From: a virus
Length of the DNA stretch: 64,000 nucleotides
IMG/VR virus record: IMGVR_UViG_3300033145_001546
Location: 13,256-77,255 of that record
Strand: one strand, 5' to 3'
Under the pieces are notes generated by a model. That model was not told the origin of the DNA. It saw only the letters and a program-made list of their open reading frames with translations, and searched no databases. Made by a program: the position numbers and the translations under genes. Shown one piece after another: positions 36,959 to 47,172 of the stretch. Position 1 is the stretch's first letter. Every line of letters starts with the position of its first letter.

Positions 36959-37847
36959 ACAGTTAGTAGGGCAAGACCATGTAGTAGAAGTGCTGGAACG
37001 AAAATTGAAAAAGAAGAATGTTCCACACACTGTTCTACTCACAGGACCGTCTGGGTGCGGAAAGACCACGGTTGCCCGCATTTTGAAATGCCGATTAAAA
37101 TGTGGCAGGAGTGATTTTAATGAAATGAATGCCTCTAAGGATAGGGGCATAGAGGCTGTGCGTACTATAGACAAGCGGATGAGACAGGCCCCAATCAACG
37201 GCAAGTGTCGTATATGGTTTGTAGATGAAGCACACAAGCTGTCCAATGATGCTCAAAATGCCTTTCTCAAAATATTAGAAGACACCCCCAAACACGTCTA
37301 TTTTATATTGGCAACTCCCTATCCTCAAAAATTGATCAAGGAGATTCATACCAGAAGTATGGAATTCAAGTTGAAGGGACTGTCTGATGCAAATATAGGG
37401 AAAATCCTCAAGTCTGTTGCCAAAAAGGAAAAATTCGACCTGCCCAAAAAAGTCCGGACAAAAATCGTTGAGAACTGCGAGGGTTCGGCCCGGAAATCTT
37501 TGGTAATGCTGGACCAAATAATAGACTTGGAAGACGAAAAGGATATGATAAAGGCCATATCCGAGGCTATGCACGAGGCAGCAACCTACGATTTATGTAA
37601 GCTTTTAATGAATCCAAAAGCCTCTTGGAAATCCGTTGCTAAAATTTTACTGCCCCTACAACAGCAAAAGACTGAGCCTGAAACCATACGTTATTCCGTA
37701 ATGGGGTATGCACAAAGTGCTCTACTAAAAGGTTGGGGCAATCCGGGCCGTGCTTATATGATAATAGATGCGTTTCGGGACCACTTTTATGACTCAAAAT
37801 TCCCTGGAGTAGTGGCTGCTTGCTACGAAATCGTGTCCATTAAATAA
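36921..37847 (+). CDS. Clamp loader ATPase (DnaX gamma/tau-like)
   Basis: LYKKNRP, GQDHV, GPSGCGKTT, VDEAHKLS..AQNAFLK.LE. Confidence 0.9.
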   Translation: MELYKKNRPGKLKQLVGQDHVVEVLERKLKKKNVPHTVLLTGPSGCGKTTVARILKCRLKCGRSDFNEMNASKDRGIEAVRTIDKRMRQAPINGKCRIWFVDEAHKLSNDAQNAFLKILEDTPKHVYFILATPYPQKLIKEIHTRSMEFKLKGLSDANIGKILKSVAKKEKFDLPKKVRTKIVENCEGSARKSLVMLDQIIDLEDEKDMIKAISEAMHEAATYDLCKLLMNPKASWKSVAKILLPLQQQKTEPETIRYSVMGYAQSALLKGWGNPGRAYMIIDAFRDHFYDSKFPGVVAACYEIVSIK

Positions 37848-37877
37848 AAAATAATTTTTTGTCGGTAGAGGACACGA

Positions 37878-37898
37878 CTTTTTCCGATAATATAGTAG
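37878..37898 (+). promoter_or_regulatory. TTTTTCCGATAATA motif (copy 4)
   Basis: CTTTTTCCGATAATATAGTAG, nearly identical to the minus-strand copy at 2600. Confidence 0.6.
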
Positions 37899-37910
37899 AA
37901 GGAACTGTAA

Positions 37911-38456
37911 ATGGCAGAGAAAAAGAAAAAAGGACGAATGAAGGAAGTCCAAGACTTCTGTATGACTGAGGTGGACATTCTCAACTTGGAAAAGGAATGT
38001 GCCATACAGCCCCGCATGATGTTTAAGTATGTCAAAATGCTTAACAATACCAACACTGCTATAGCAAAAGCCAAAACTGCCATGGCCATAGTAGATGCCA
38101 AAATTAAAGAGAAGGTTCGCAAGAAACCATCTAAATATAGGTTGGAGAAAGTTACGGTGGATGCATTAGAGACCATTGTCCTCCTACAACCTGAACACAA
38201 ACAAGCCCACACCAAACTTTTAGTCCTTCAAAAAAGATGGGACATAGTGAACGCAGCAGTTCAGGCCCTAAACCATAAAAAATCAATGTTAGAACAGGAG
38301 GTGAAACTGCACGGACAAAACTATTTTGCTACTCCTAATCCGAAATTAGTGGGGGAACAACACGCAGAGTTTCAAAGGAGACTCGATGAAGCCAAGGACG
38401 AATCTGTAAGAGCAAGGAACAACAAAAGAAAAAAGAAAAAGGACGGCACAACATGA
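37911..38456 (+). CDS. UvsY-like recombination mediator
   Basis: Helical; K.T...E..V and AL.HKKSMLE pattern; upstream of SSB and RecA. Confidence 0.5.
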   Translation: MAEKKKKGRMKEVQDFCMTEVDILNLEKECAIQPRMMFKYVKMLNNTNTAIAKAKTAMAIVDAKIKEKVRKKPSKYRLEKVTVDALETIVLLQPEHKQAHTKLLVLQKRWDIVNAAVQALNHKKSMLEQEVKLHGQNYFATPNPKLVGEQHAEFQRRLDEAKDESVRARNNKRKKKKDGTT

Positions 38457-38588
38457 TAGATGACATTAAAATTATAACATTCATTTGTGGACTTCCTTTT
38501 TTGGTTTACTTTTGTGTGAAGTTTGGCACTGTGGCCTTTTTCAAGGCAAAACAATTTATAGAAAAACAAAAAACAGGAGACACAAGCA

Positions 38589-39845
38589 ATGAGCAAAAGA
38601 AAGAAGCGTAAGGAACGGAGGAGCACAGCGGGTGCTACCAAGAAAAGACGAGAGGCAGCAGCAATGGGAGATGGGCCTTCCTATATAAAGCTGCCGGAAG
38701 GGACGGGGAACTTTGCCCTGAAGTCTACCAAAACAGCCCGAATTGACGTCATTCCCTATGACGTGGGCAAAGGCAATCCCAGAGCAGACAAAGGTGCATT
38801 CTACTGGGAAAGGACCTTTTACATTCATCGCAATGTCGGCCCCAATAATGATTGGGTGATTTGCCCAGCCCGGACTGCCAAGAAGAAGTGTCCCATCTGT
38901 GAGCTACTCACCAAACTCAGACAGGACGAGGAAGGCAACGAATCTCTCATCAAGGCATTGGCCATTAGTCGTCGTATGGTCATGAATATGAGGGACATGA
39001 GTGAAGACAAAAAGGAACGCATCGGCAGAGTGTTCGAGACCTCCCATCATTACTTCGGCAAGGCCATGGATGAAGCATTGACTTCGGCCTATGAGGATGA
39101 CGAGGATAACATGGACGGTTTCTGCGACCCGGAAGACGGCAACTATCTGAAGATGGTCGTCGAAAAAGGTTGGGAAGGCAAGGGCTATTCGGTAGAGAGA
39201 ATTGATTTTAAGTCTCGCAAAGATGACCTGGATGATGAAGTCCTTGATGCCGCCGTTTGCTTGGACGACATCCTCATCATCCGAGACTACGATGACTTGA
39301 AGGAACTCTTGCTCCAAGATGACGACGATGATGACGAGCCTAAAAAGGGTAAGAAAGGCAAGAAGGACAAAGCCCCAGATGACGACGACGACGATGACGA
39401 TGCTGACGACGACGACGATGATGACGACGACGATGATGCTGACGATGACGACGATGATGACGACGACGATGATGCTGACGATGACGACGACGATGATGCT
39501 GACGATGACGACGACGATGACGACGACGATGATGACGACGATGACGATGATGCTGATGACGACGACGATGCTGATGACGACGACGATGACGATGATGCTG
39601 ATGACGATGACGATGACGATGATGCTGATGACGATGACGACGACGATGACGATGACGATGACGATGACGACGATGACGATGACGATGATGCTGAAGAAAG
39701 GGCCGCAGCTAAGAAGAAAGCCGCTGCCGCTAAGAAGAAGAAAGATGCTGCCGCAGCTAAGAAGAAGAAAGATGCCACCGCCAAAGCCAAGAAAGCCGCA
39801 GCCGGCAAGAAAGGCAAAGGCAAGAAGGGCAAAGGTAAGAAGTAG
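38589..39845 (+). CDS. Single-stranded DNA-binding protein (gp32-like) with poly-Asp tract and Lys/Ala tail
   Basis: IH...ICP...KKCPICE Zn site, F.DPEDG..L; acidic C-terminus. Confidence 0.75.
   Translation: MSKRKKRKERRSTAGATKKRREAAAMGDGPSYIKLPEGTGNFALKSTKTARIDVIPYDVGKGNPRADKGAFYWERTFYIHRNVGPNNDWVICPARTAKKKCPICELLTKLRQDEEGNESLIKALAISRRMVMNMRDMSEDKKERIGRVFETSHHYFGKAMDEALTSAYEDDEDNMDGFCDPEDGNYLKMVVEKGWEGKGYSVERIDFKSRKDDLDDEVLDAAVCLDDILIIRDYDDLKELLLQDDDDDDEPKKGKKGKKDKAPDDDDDDDDADDDDDDDDDDDADDDDDDDDDDDADDDDDDDADDDDDDDDDDDDDDDDDADDDDDADDDDDDDDADDDDDDDDADDDDDDDDDDDDDDDDDDDDDAEERAAAKKKAAAAKKKKDAAAAKKKKDATAKAKKAAAGKKGKGKKGKGKK
39318..39690 (+). repeat. GAC/GAT trinucleotide low-complexity tract (poly-Asp)
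   Basis: About 100 consecutive Asp codons punctuated by GCT. Confidence 0.95.
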
Positions 39846-39868
39846 TATGCTGGCATGGATGCCCAATT

Positions 39869-39904
39869 TGGAAGGTGGGCGATACTATGCCCACCTTCCA
39901 TTTT
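39869..39904 (+). terminator. Rho-independent terminator
   Basis: TGGAAGGTGGGC/GCCCACCTTCCA perfect 12-bp stem + TTTT. Confidence 0.8.
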
Positions 39905-39924
39905 ACGTTTGAAAGGAAAAGACC

Positions 39925-40179
39925 ATGAAAAGAAAGAGATCCAAACCCCGCAAGGTGAATATAGAACGTGCGACTTTGGGTGGTAAAGGCGCACGTGCTG
40001 GCCTCAAAGTTCACATGGGGGATTCTCTTCAAACAGTCCCGTGCCCAAATTGCATTAGCAAAGGTATGAGGCAAGGACTTCGACGACAAACAGCTGAGTT
40101 CACTTCTCCCTACCGACAAAAGGGGGCATTGGCTGTAATGGCAGAGTGCGGAATTTCCAAACGCAGAAAGCGGAAATGA
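39925..40179 (+). CDS. Basic hypothetical protein
   Basis: GAAAGGAAAAGA RBS. Confidence 0.55.
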   Translation: MKRKRSKPRKVNIERATLGGKGARAGLKVHMGDSLQTVPCPNCISKGMRQGLRRQTAEFTSPYRQKGALAVMAECGISKRRKRK

Positions 40180-41264
40180 AAACCAAAGACATCAAAAAGA
40201 AACTCCAACAAAGGAAGAAAAAGAGAAAACTGACCCCTGACGATTTTCTAAGTACGGGCAGCACTCTTTTGAATCTTGCTCTCACAGGCAAACCCAATTG
40301 CGGTTTTGTTAAAGGCAAGTATCATTTCATCGTAGGTGATAGTACGTCCGGCAAGACATTTCTATCCCTTACCTGCTTAGCCGAAGCAGCCAATAATCCC
40401 CAGTTCAAAAAATATCGTTTTATCTACGACGATGCAGAGGGTGGGGCGTTGATGGATATTGAAAGATTCTTTGGATCCAAAGTTGCCAGACGAATAAGAC
40501 CCCCCAAAAAAACCAAAGAGGGGGAGGCTATTTATTCTCACTCCATTGAAGAATTTTATTACCACGTTGATGATGCCCTACGAAAAGGCAAACCCTTCAT
40601 CTATATATTAGACTCAATGGATTCTTTATCCTCCAAAGAGGAAGAGGACAAATTCAAACAGCATAAAGATGCCCATAAAAAAGGTAAGAAAGCACCGGGG
40701 TCTTATGGGGACGGCAAAGCTAAAAAGAACGCTGCGGGAGTGCGTCAATTGCTTACACCATTAGGGGCATCCAATTCTATCCTTATCATTATCAATCAGA
40801 CCAGAGATAATATCGGATTTGGAAGTAAGTTTGAGCCTAAGACACGCAGTGGTGGGCATGCCCTACGTTTCTATGCCACATGGGAGATATGGTCAAAGGT
40901 CAAGGGGCAGATGAAAAAAACTTTCCGGGGAAAAGAGCGTCAGTTAGGAATAAAATGCCAAGTCAGAATAAAAAAGAATCGTATCATGGGCAGGTCCCGA
41001 ACCGTAGAAATTCCCATCTACCATTCTTTTGGTATAGACGACATAGGGTCCTGTGTGGATTATTTGGTTGAAGAAAAGCACTGGTCCAAAACAAAGAGTG
41101 GGATAATAAATGCTGAGGACTTCGATTTTGAAGGCCCAAAAGAAAAACTCATTCCGCATATCGAGGAGGAGGAGATGGAAATGGACTTGCAGGATTTGGT
41201 AGGGGAGGTTTGGAACAATATAGAAAAGGCCTGTGCTGTGAAAAGGAAAAAGAGGTATGAATAA
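40176..41264 (+). CDS. RecA/UvsX-like recombinase
   Basis: STGS..LNLAL, GDSTSGKT, YDDAE, ILDS, INQTR, SGGHALRFYA. Confidence 0.92.
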   Translation: MKTKDIKKKLQQRKKKRKLTPDDFLSTGSTLLNLALTGKPNCGFVKGKYHFIVGDSTSGKTFLSLTCLAEAANNPQFKKYRFIYDDAEGGALMDIERFFGSKVARRIRPPKKTKEGEAIYSHSIEEFYYHVDDALRKGKPFIYILDSMDSLSSKEEEDKFKQHKDAHKKGKKAPGSYGDGKAKKNAAGVRQLLTPLGASNSILIIINQTRDNIGFGSKFEPKTRSGGHALRFYATWEIWSKVKGQMKKTFRGKERQLGIKCQVRIKKNRIMGRSRTVEIPIYHSFGIDDIGSCVDYLVEEKHWSKTKSGIINAEDFDFEGPKEKLIPHIEEEEMEMDLQDLVGEVWNNIEKACAVKRKKRYE

Positions 41265-42135
41265 GAAATGGCTTATCTTGGATTGTAACTTTCTTTGCCA
41301 TCGGCTCAAACATTCGATGGGGGGATTGAGCCATGAGAACACTCCCACTGGGGTCATTTATGGGTTCTTAAAATACATCCCCCTATATCAAGAAAAGTTC
41401 GACACCCCCCACATCGTCTTTTGTTGGGATTCTAAGAGCAGTAAACGGAAAGAGATTTTTCCGGGCTACAAAGCTAACCGGGGGGATCGATTAAAGGAAA
41501 TGAGTACTGAAGAGGTTATATTTGAAACTGATTTTCGTTACCAGATGAAAATGTTGCGTAGGAAGTATTTGAAAATCATCGGTTTCCGAAACGTCTTTTG
41601 TCAAAAAGGATATGAAGCCGATGATTTGATTGCTTCAATTTGCGACCACCTACCTTTACTTGATGAGGCTATTATCTTAACCTCTGACCAAGACCTCTAT
41701 CAATGTCTTAATCCACAAGTATCTATTTACGACCCCAACAAACGAAAAAGAATGACAGCCCAAAAGTTCCAAAAGACGTATGGAATTAAGCCACCAAGAT
41801 GGGGAATGATAAAATGTATAGCAGGGTGCTCTACTGATAATGTCCCCGGCATAAAAGGGGTAGGAGAAAAGACCGCCATTAAGTATTTGAATGGGGACCT
41901 AAAAGCATCCTTAAAATCCCATCTGTCTATTATATCCCCAAAGGGTATGAAACTTATATGCCGAAACAGAAGATTGGTGGTGTTACCTTTCGTGGGCACC
42001 AGAGTTTTCAAACTTAAAAAAGACGAACTGTCTGCGGACGGTTGGCGGTCAGTAGTAAGGTCTTTAGGCTTAAAGTCTATCAGGGATAAGGTGCCGATGG
42101 GTATTCGACGACAAAAGAAGAGGAAAAAGAAATGA
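41257..42135 (+). CDS. 5'-3' exonuclease / flap endonuclease
   Basis: LILD, YKANR, YEADDLIA, SDQDLYQ, DNVPGIKGVGEKTA. Confidence 0.92.
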   Translation: MNKKWLILDCNFLCHRLKHSMGGLSHENTPTGVIYGFLKYIPLYQEKFDTPHIVFCWDSKSSKRKEIFPGYKANRGDRLKEMSTEEVIFETDFRYQMKMLRRKYLKIIGFRNVFCQKGYEADDLIASICDHLPLLDEAIILTSDQDLYQCLNPQVSIYDPNKRKRMTAQKFQKTYGIKPPRWGMIKCIAGCSTDNVPGIKGVGEKTAIKYLNGDLKASLKSHLSIISPKGMKLICRNRRLVVLPFVGTRVFKLKKDELSADGWRSVVRSLGLKSIRDKVPMGIRRQKKRKKK

Positions 42136-42350
42136 GAATCTTTCTGATAGTGATTATAGTTTGGGTAAACATAGGAGCAATAGGATGGATTATTGGTTCT
42201 ATAGCCGATACATTCTTCTATCCGACCCAAAAAAACAACTGGCGATATATCTTTTTAAGCATGGCTGTGGGACCAGGAACTTTCGTATTGGTTTTACGGT
42301 CGATTTATGAGTATTGGAAAGACAGGAGAAGACAAGATGCCCAAAGGTAG
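42132..42350 (+). CDS. Small membrane protein
   Basis: Two hydrophobic segments. Confidence 0.5.
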   Translation: MRIFLIVIIVWVNIGAIGWIIGSIADTFFYPTQKNNWRYIFLSMAVGPGTFVLVLRSIYEYWKDRRRQDAQR

Positions 42351-42951
42351 TCAATTTGAAAGGGATATTTGTAAACTGCTTAGCAAGTGGTGGACAGGCG
42401 GCAAGAGGGACGATGTGTTTTGGAGAACAGCCGGAAGCGGCGCACGTGCTACAATGCGAAGTAAGAAGAACCAAAATACGTTTGGTCAATATGGGGACGT
42501 ACAAGCCACTGACCCTATCGGCCAGCCTCTTATCGACCTGTGTACTATCGAATTGAAGCGTGGGTACTCACAAGATACTTTCGCAAACTTACTTGAGGAC
42601 TCTACAACTCACAACGCTGTGCCGTGTATGTATGCTAAATTTATAGCGCAAGCAAAAGGGGACTCCCGAAAAGCATTCACTCCTTGGTGGTTGCTAATTG
42701 TAAAACGAGACCGACGAAAGCCAATCGTGATTTTTCCCCGGACTCTATTTGGCATGACTCTAAAAGGGTTGGATAAAGTAAGGATTTATCGGGCAGGAAT
42801 GGTACACGTTGTTGTTGCTTTACTTGGCGATTTCTTGGAGCACTATCTTCCAGAAGACATAATCGAATGTGCCAAAGATGAAGAAGAACATCCAGACTGT
42901 AAAAGTTGCACAAAGCCCACATGTGTTGGTTGTTTCAGGAATAATAAATGA
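42337..42951 (+). CDS. Holliday junction resolvase (PD-(D/E)xK)
   Basis: KGSQFERDIC..LS.WW, R..GSGA, GDV, IELKRGY. Confidence 0.8.
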   Translation: MPKGSQFERDICKLLSKWWTGGKRDDVFWRTAGSGARATMRSKKNQNTFGQYGDVQATDPIGQPLIDLCTIELKRGYSQDTFANLLEDSTTHNAVPCMYAKFIAQAKGDSRKAFTPWWLLIVKRDRRKPIVIFPRTLFGMTLKGLDKVRIYRAGMVHVVVALLGDFLEHYLPEDIIECAKDEEEHPDCKSCTKPTCVGCFRNNK

Positions 42952-43328
42952 TCGACCCAAAAAACATTAAAAAATCCCAGGCCCGTGAAATCATCCGGTT
43001 GTATGAAGAGCACACTCGTGCTATTGTCGCAGCAAGAATAGGACCTTTGGGGTTTCCTGCTTGTGGGGATTTCTTTCTATTAGCCCAACAAAAGGAAGAT
43101 GAATTACAAGAATTCATATTTGGAACTTCCAATCTTGTCCAGCTGGGGGAGATGTGGGGGATAGTAAAAGACACCGGAATTAAAAAGACAAAACATTATT
43201 GTGGTAAGTGCGGACGGGCTCAATACAGAACCCGTAGTGGGCTGACTTGCAAAAAGATGCACAATGGTGCTGAATCTGTAAGCAAGAAAAAAGGTAAGAA
43301 AATCAGAGACCGAAGGAAACGAAAATGA
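42948..43328 (+). CDS. Hypothetical protein with C-terminal Zn ribbon
   Basis: CGKC...C..MH. Confidence 0.55.
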   Translation: MIDPKNIKKSQAREIIRLYEEHTRAIVAARIGPLGFPACGDFFLLAQQKEDELQEFIFGTSNLVQLGEMWGIVKDTGIKKTKHYCGKCGRAQYRTRSGLTCKKMHNGAESVSKKKGKKIRDRRKRK

Positions 43329-43882
43329 AAGTGGAAAATTATCCAGTGGTAATTCTAATAATGATAGTATGCTTTTCATTAGGAGTATTCGTAACTGAAA
43401 TATCACATCAAGCTTTTCCTCTCAAAGGGACGGAAGTGGAGACGGACTCGGAATCTGTTGGAACTTCTGAAAAAACGCAAGGGGTGGGTTCCTCTAAGAT
43501 TCTCCTTTCCCCACCCCTTGCCTCCTTTTTGAAAAAAGAATTTGGCGATGAATATGAAACTATAATGGCTGCTGCCTTACGAAATCGGTGTCAAGGAGAG
43601 AATCTACACATTCTTTTTGCTATCCGGAAAGCAGAGAATGGTGGACCTGGAATAGAGTTCGGGGTTGAAGCCAAACGCGGGACGGACCTTGACACGCAGG
43701 CTGGCTGGGCAGCAGCCACCATTATGAAAAATCGAAGTCGTTGGTATGCCACTAATACCAGAGGAGATTTTATTGAGTTTCTCGGCAAGAGGTACTGCCC
43801 CAATAATAGTGAAGTGTGGATTAAGAACGTGAAATATTGGTTTGACAAATTTAAGGAGAATGCCCATGGCAAAGGAGCCTGA
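43325..43882 (+). CDS. Membrane-anchored lysozyme/glucosaminidase-like protein
   Basis: N-terminal TM; AIRKAENG, LGKRYCP...W.KNV. Confidence 0.5.
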   Translation: MKVENYPVVILIMIVCFSLGVFVTEISHQAFPLKGTEVETDSESVGTSEKTQGVGSSKILLSPPLASFLKKEFGDEYETIMAAALRNRCQGENLHILFAIRKAENGGPGIEFGVEAKRGTDLDTQAGWAAATIMKNRSRWYATNTRGDFIEFLGKRYCPNNSEVWIKNVKYWFDKFKENAHGKGA

Positions 43883-44270
43883 ACATTTCTGCTTGGACAG
43901 GGAGGATGCACTAAGAGTCATTGAAAAGCTACTGCCCTCAAAAGACGATTGCTTTTTGTCGGACCTGTACGAAGACATCCAACGTCCACCTGCAAAGACT
44001 ATAGGAGAGAGGAGAGACATTGTAGTAACTATCCGTCCCGGTTTAGATGCCAATGATATAGAACTTATTCAAGCTGTAGAAAAGGCGATGGATGAGGCCC
44101 TTCTCGCCTTTGGACATACTCGTAGCAAGTCTGTCAAGTGGGGCCACAAAGTTGAATTTGTGTATTACCAATTCGCCAGCTGTGGCGTATCGGAATTGGA
44201 TGAGGTGGATGACGATATAGATGCCAACGAGGATTGCGATGACGATGAAACAGAAGAACAAACGACTTAA
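43842..44270 (+). CDS. Hypothetical acidic protein
   Basis: ORF track; operon context. Confidence 0.5.
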   Translation: MTNLRRMPMAKEPEHFCLDREDALRVIEKLLPSKDDCFLSDLYEDIQRPPAKTIGERRDIVVTIRPGLDANDIELIQAVEKAMDEALLAFGHTRSKSVKWGHKVEFVYYQFASCGVSELDEVDDDIDANEDCDDDETEEQTT

Positions 44271-44523
44271 AAAGATATTGCATTCTTATCATACCTATTT
44301 TGAGGCAGCGATGAGAGCAACCAGTCTTGGATTATGTAAACGGGCAATTAAACATGCTTTGGAAGATGAACAAAAAATCAAAGAAGAAAAAGCAAGTTAA
44401 AGTAGAGTGCCGAATATGTGCTCATAATTGTGTGCGCCATGGAGAATATGGATGTCTCAGGGCGTGGGTGAAAGGTGGCCCACAAAATTGTGAGAGTTTT
44501 GTAAAGAGCAAATATGCTAATAA

Positions 44524-44913
44524 ATGAAAGTGCCAATGCCTTACTCTAAAACATGCATGCCATATAATATAATATGGCGATTCTTTCGTAAGCATGCCTC
44601 AGCTAAGGATATAGCAAGAATCACCGCCTGTAGACTGAAAGGGTTTCAGTTTGATAAGATAATGTTGTGGGGAGACAATCACAGACTCTCTTTGGAAGTT
44701 AGTTTCTTTTGTGATGGGTGTAGAAAGAGTTGTACTTCAAATATATCAATGAGGGAAGTAGTGGCATCTAAAATTTTGGAGACGGTGCAGCAAGGGATGG
44801 TATATAAACGAGACATTTTGAACTCCGATATAAAAGGCCGAAGTGCTGACTTCGTAGTGCTTGACGAGTTCGCTCATATGGAACGAGGTTTGAGTGGAGA
44901 GATTACATCTTGA
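44524..44913 (+). CDS. Hypothetical protein ending in a terminase-like Walker B remnant
   Basis: C-terminal KGRSADFVVLDEFAHM. Confidence 0.45.
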   Translation: MKVPMPYSKTCMPYNIIWRFFRKHASAKDIARITACRLKGFQFDKIMLWGDNHRLSLEVSFFCDGCRKSCTSNISMREVVASKILETVQQGMVYKRDILNSDIKGRSADFVVLDEFAHMERGLSGEITS

Positions 44914-45929
44914 TAAGTAAAATCAAAATCCGAAACTTCAGTATCCAAAAGAAATGTGAGATAGAATTTGGACCCAATGTCACTACCATCGTGGGTTCTT
45001 GTGCTCACGGTAAAAGTGCAGTCCTCCGTGCTATCAAATTCATTTGTATGAATAAACCATCCGGGGATAAGTTTATCAACTGGGATGCAGAAAAGACATC
45101 TGTTCGATTAACTGTAGATGGGAAAACAATACTCAGACGAAAAGGCAAAAACATCAACATCTACAGATTAGGCAAGGAAGAGTTTGAAGCCTTTGGGCAC
45201 GATGTCCCTCAACCCATAGCTGATTTAGTAAATATGGACGACCTTAATTTTCAGGGGCAACACGATAAGCCTTTTTGGTTTTGCGAAACGGCGGGGGAAG
45301 TATCGCGGCAACTCAACTCCATCGTCAATTTAGAGATTATTGATAGAACACTATCCAGCATTGACGGTGGCATACGGGATGCCAATGCAGAAATTAAAAT
45401 AATCACCAAACGATTAGAGCAGGCCCAAGAGCAAAGGAAAGAACTGGCATTTGCTGTTTCTTTAGATGCAGAACTCACCCACATAGAAAAACTGGAAAAA
45501 TCAGCCCGTGAAAAGGCCGTAGGATTGTCTACGCTGCGAGATATTGTCGAAAACGGTAGGGAATACAGGAGGGAACGGAAAAACAACAGAGATTTGGCGT
45601 CCGGTGGCGATTCCGCATTGGAGAAGGGGCAGGAATGGCAAGAATTGGCAATGTCAATTGTAATTTTGGAGAATTATGTAAAAACTGGGGCTCAAGCCTA
45701 CAAATTATCGCAATCCCCTCCGGATATGGGTCCCCTGCATGATGCCAAAAAATCTTATGACATAATTAGCGGTCAAGCATTCCATTTGAACTTACTATTG
45801 GAAGACATAACTAAACATGATGTGCAATTATGCCTAAGAAAAAAAGAAGTGGAAACTACATCCAAAAGCCTAACTCAAGCAATCAAAGGAAGGTGCCCCC
45901 TATGTCTGAGACCAATGAAGAAGTCATAG
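44910..45929 (+). CDS. SbcC/Rad50 N-terminal half (Walker A, coiled coil, Zn hook)
   Basis: KIKIRNF, GSCAHGKS, Q-loop FQGQ, terminal CPLC. Confidence 0.8.
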   Translation: MISKIKIRNFSIQKKCEIEFGPNVTTIVGSCAHGKSAVLRAIKFICMNKPSGDKFINWDAEKTSVRLTVDGKTILRRKGKNINIYRLGKEEFEAFGHDVPQPIADLVNMDDLNFQGQHDKPFWFCETAGEVSRQLNSIVNLEIIDRTLSSIDGGIRDANAEIKIITKRLEQAQEQRKELAFAVSLDAELTHIEKLEKSAREKAVGLSTLRDIVENGREYRRERKNNRDLASGGDSALEKGQEWQELAMSIVILENYVKTGAQAYKLSQSPPDMGPLHDAKKSYDIISGQAFHLNLLLEDITKHDVQLCLRKKEVETTSKSLTQAIKGRCPLCLRPMKKS

Positions 45930-46909
45930 CCATATTGTGTGCGGACATTCATTTGCAAGCGCAGCCTCCCATCTGGCGGTCAGCAGAACCGGATTGGTAT
46001 GAAGCAATGCAAAGACCATTGGATGAAATAAAAGCCCTACAAAAACAAACTGGCCGCAACTGCCCTGTCCTTTGTGCCGGAGATATATTTGATAAATGGT
46101 ATGGGGCTGTAGGGAAACAAAGTTCTGAACTTATCAATTGGGCTTTGAAACACCTCCCCGACCATATGTATTGTATACCAGGACAACATGACTTGCCTGA
46201 TCATAATTATGAACAGATTTGGAGAAGTGCATATTCAACTTTGGTTCGAGCAGGTAAGATTAAAGATATTCAATTTGGTCTGGAGGAGATTGTCGAATTA
46301 GGTGGTGGAAGGTACGGGCAAGGTCTTTTGGATAATGGAGAAGTATGTACTGATGATATAAGAGTCTATGGATTCCCGTATGGCCTTCCACTCCGTCCTC
46401 TCGAAAATAGAAACAAAAGGCATTTTCATATAGCCCTTGCCCATGAATACATTTGGATGACGGGCCATTCTTATCCCGGTGCTCCGAAAGAGGGGCATCT
46501 AAAAACAAAAGTCTCTAAAATTAAAAACCAAATGTGGAATGGTTATGATGTGGTTGTTTATGGAGATAACCATAAAGGATTTTTAGGGTACTTAGCAACA
46601 ACCGCTATATTTAACTGCGGAACCTTAATGCGTAGAGCATCAGACGAAATAGACTACAAACCAAGAGTGGGCCTGCTTTACGAAGACGGGACTATCAAAC
46701 CCCACTATCTTGATACATCCAAAGACAAATATATTGAGAAGGTGGAGGATGCCCCCCTTGAAGAAATGGATATGAGTGAGTTCATAGAGGAATTGAAGAA
46801 GTTAGGAGAGACAGGGTTGGAGTTTACAAAGAGGGTTGAACGGTTCTTCAAGAAAAACAAAACCAGAAAAGTGGTGAGAAACATCATAAGGAAAGGAATG
46901 GAAGAGTGA
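45902..46909 (+). CDS. SbcD/Mre11 metallophosphoesterase nuclease
   Basis: ADIH, AGDIFD, PGQHD, GDNH. Confidence 0.88.
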   Translation: MSETNEEVIAILCADIHLQAQPPIWRSAEPDWYEAMQRPLDEIKALQKQTGRNCPVLCAGDIFDKWYGAVGKQSSELINWALKHLPDHMYCIPGQHDLPDHNYEQIWRSAYSTLVRAGKIKDIQFGLEEIVELGGGRYGQGLLDNGEVCTDDIRVYGFPYGLPLRPLENRNKRHFHIALAHEYIWMTGHSYPGAPKEGHLKTKVSKIKNQMWNGYDVVVYGDNHKGFLGYLATTAIFNCGTLMRRASDEIDYKPRVGLLYEDGTIKPHYLDTSKDKYIEKVEDAPLEEMDMSEFIEELKKLGETGLEFTKRVERFFKKNKTRKVVRNIIRKGMEE

Positions 46910-47172
46910 ATAAAGACGAAACCCTAAAAAAGTATATGCGGCTGAGGAAAGAGGTAGAGACTGCCCAACGACGAGCAGACCAAGCACAGGGGGCGTTGGA
47001 CCAAACGATGGGCACCCTTAAAAAGGACTTCGGCTGTACCTCATTGAAGCAAGCCAAGAAGAAACTTAAATCTTTGCAAAAACAAGAGGAAGAAGCAAAA
47101 GAAGAATTTGAGGGAGCAGTGGCGGAATTTGAAGAGAAATGGGATGAGCAATTAGCGGAGGTAGAAGAGTGA
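46906..47172 (+). CDS. Coiled-coil protein (probable SbcC middle fragment)
   Basis: Heptad-rich; lies between SbcD and the SbcC C-half. Confidence 0.55.
   Translation: MNKDETLKKYMRLRKEVETAQRRADQAQGALDQTMGTLKKDFGCTSLKQAKKKLKSLQKQEEEAKEEFEGAVAEFEEKWDEQLAEVEE

Noticed and set aside
38904-39994. Long poly-Ser, poly-Ile/Val and poly-Thr/Met ORFs
   Set aside because: Shadow frames of the GAC/GAT poly-Asp tract.
44830-44890. Second terminase gene (GRSADFVVLDEFAHM)
   Set aside because: Only a short Walker-B-like remnant at the end of a 129-aa ORF; no Walker A or nuclease domain.
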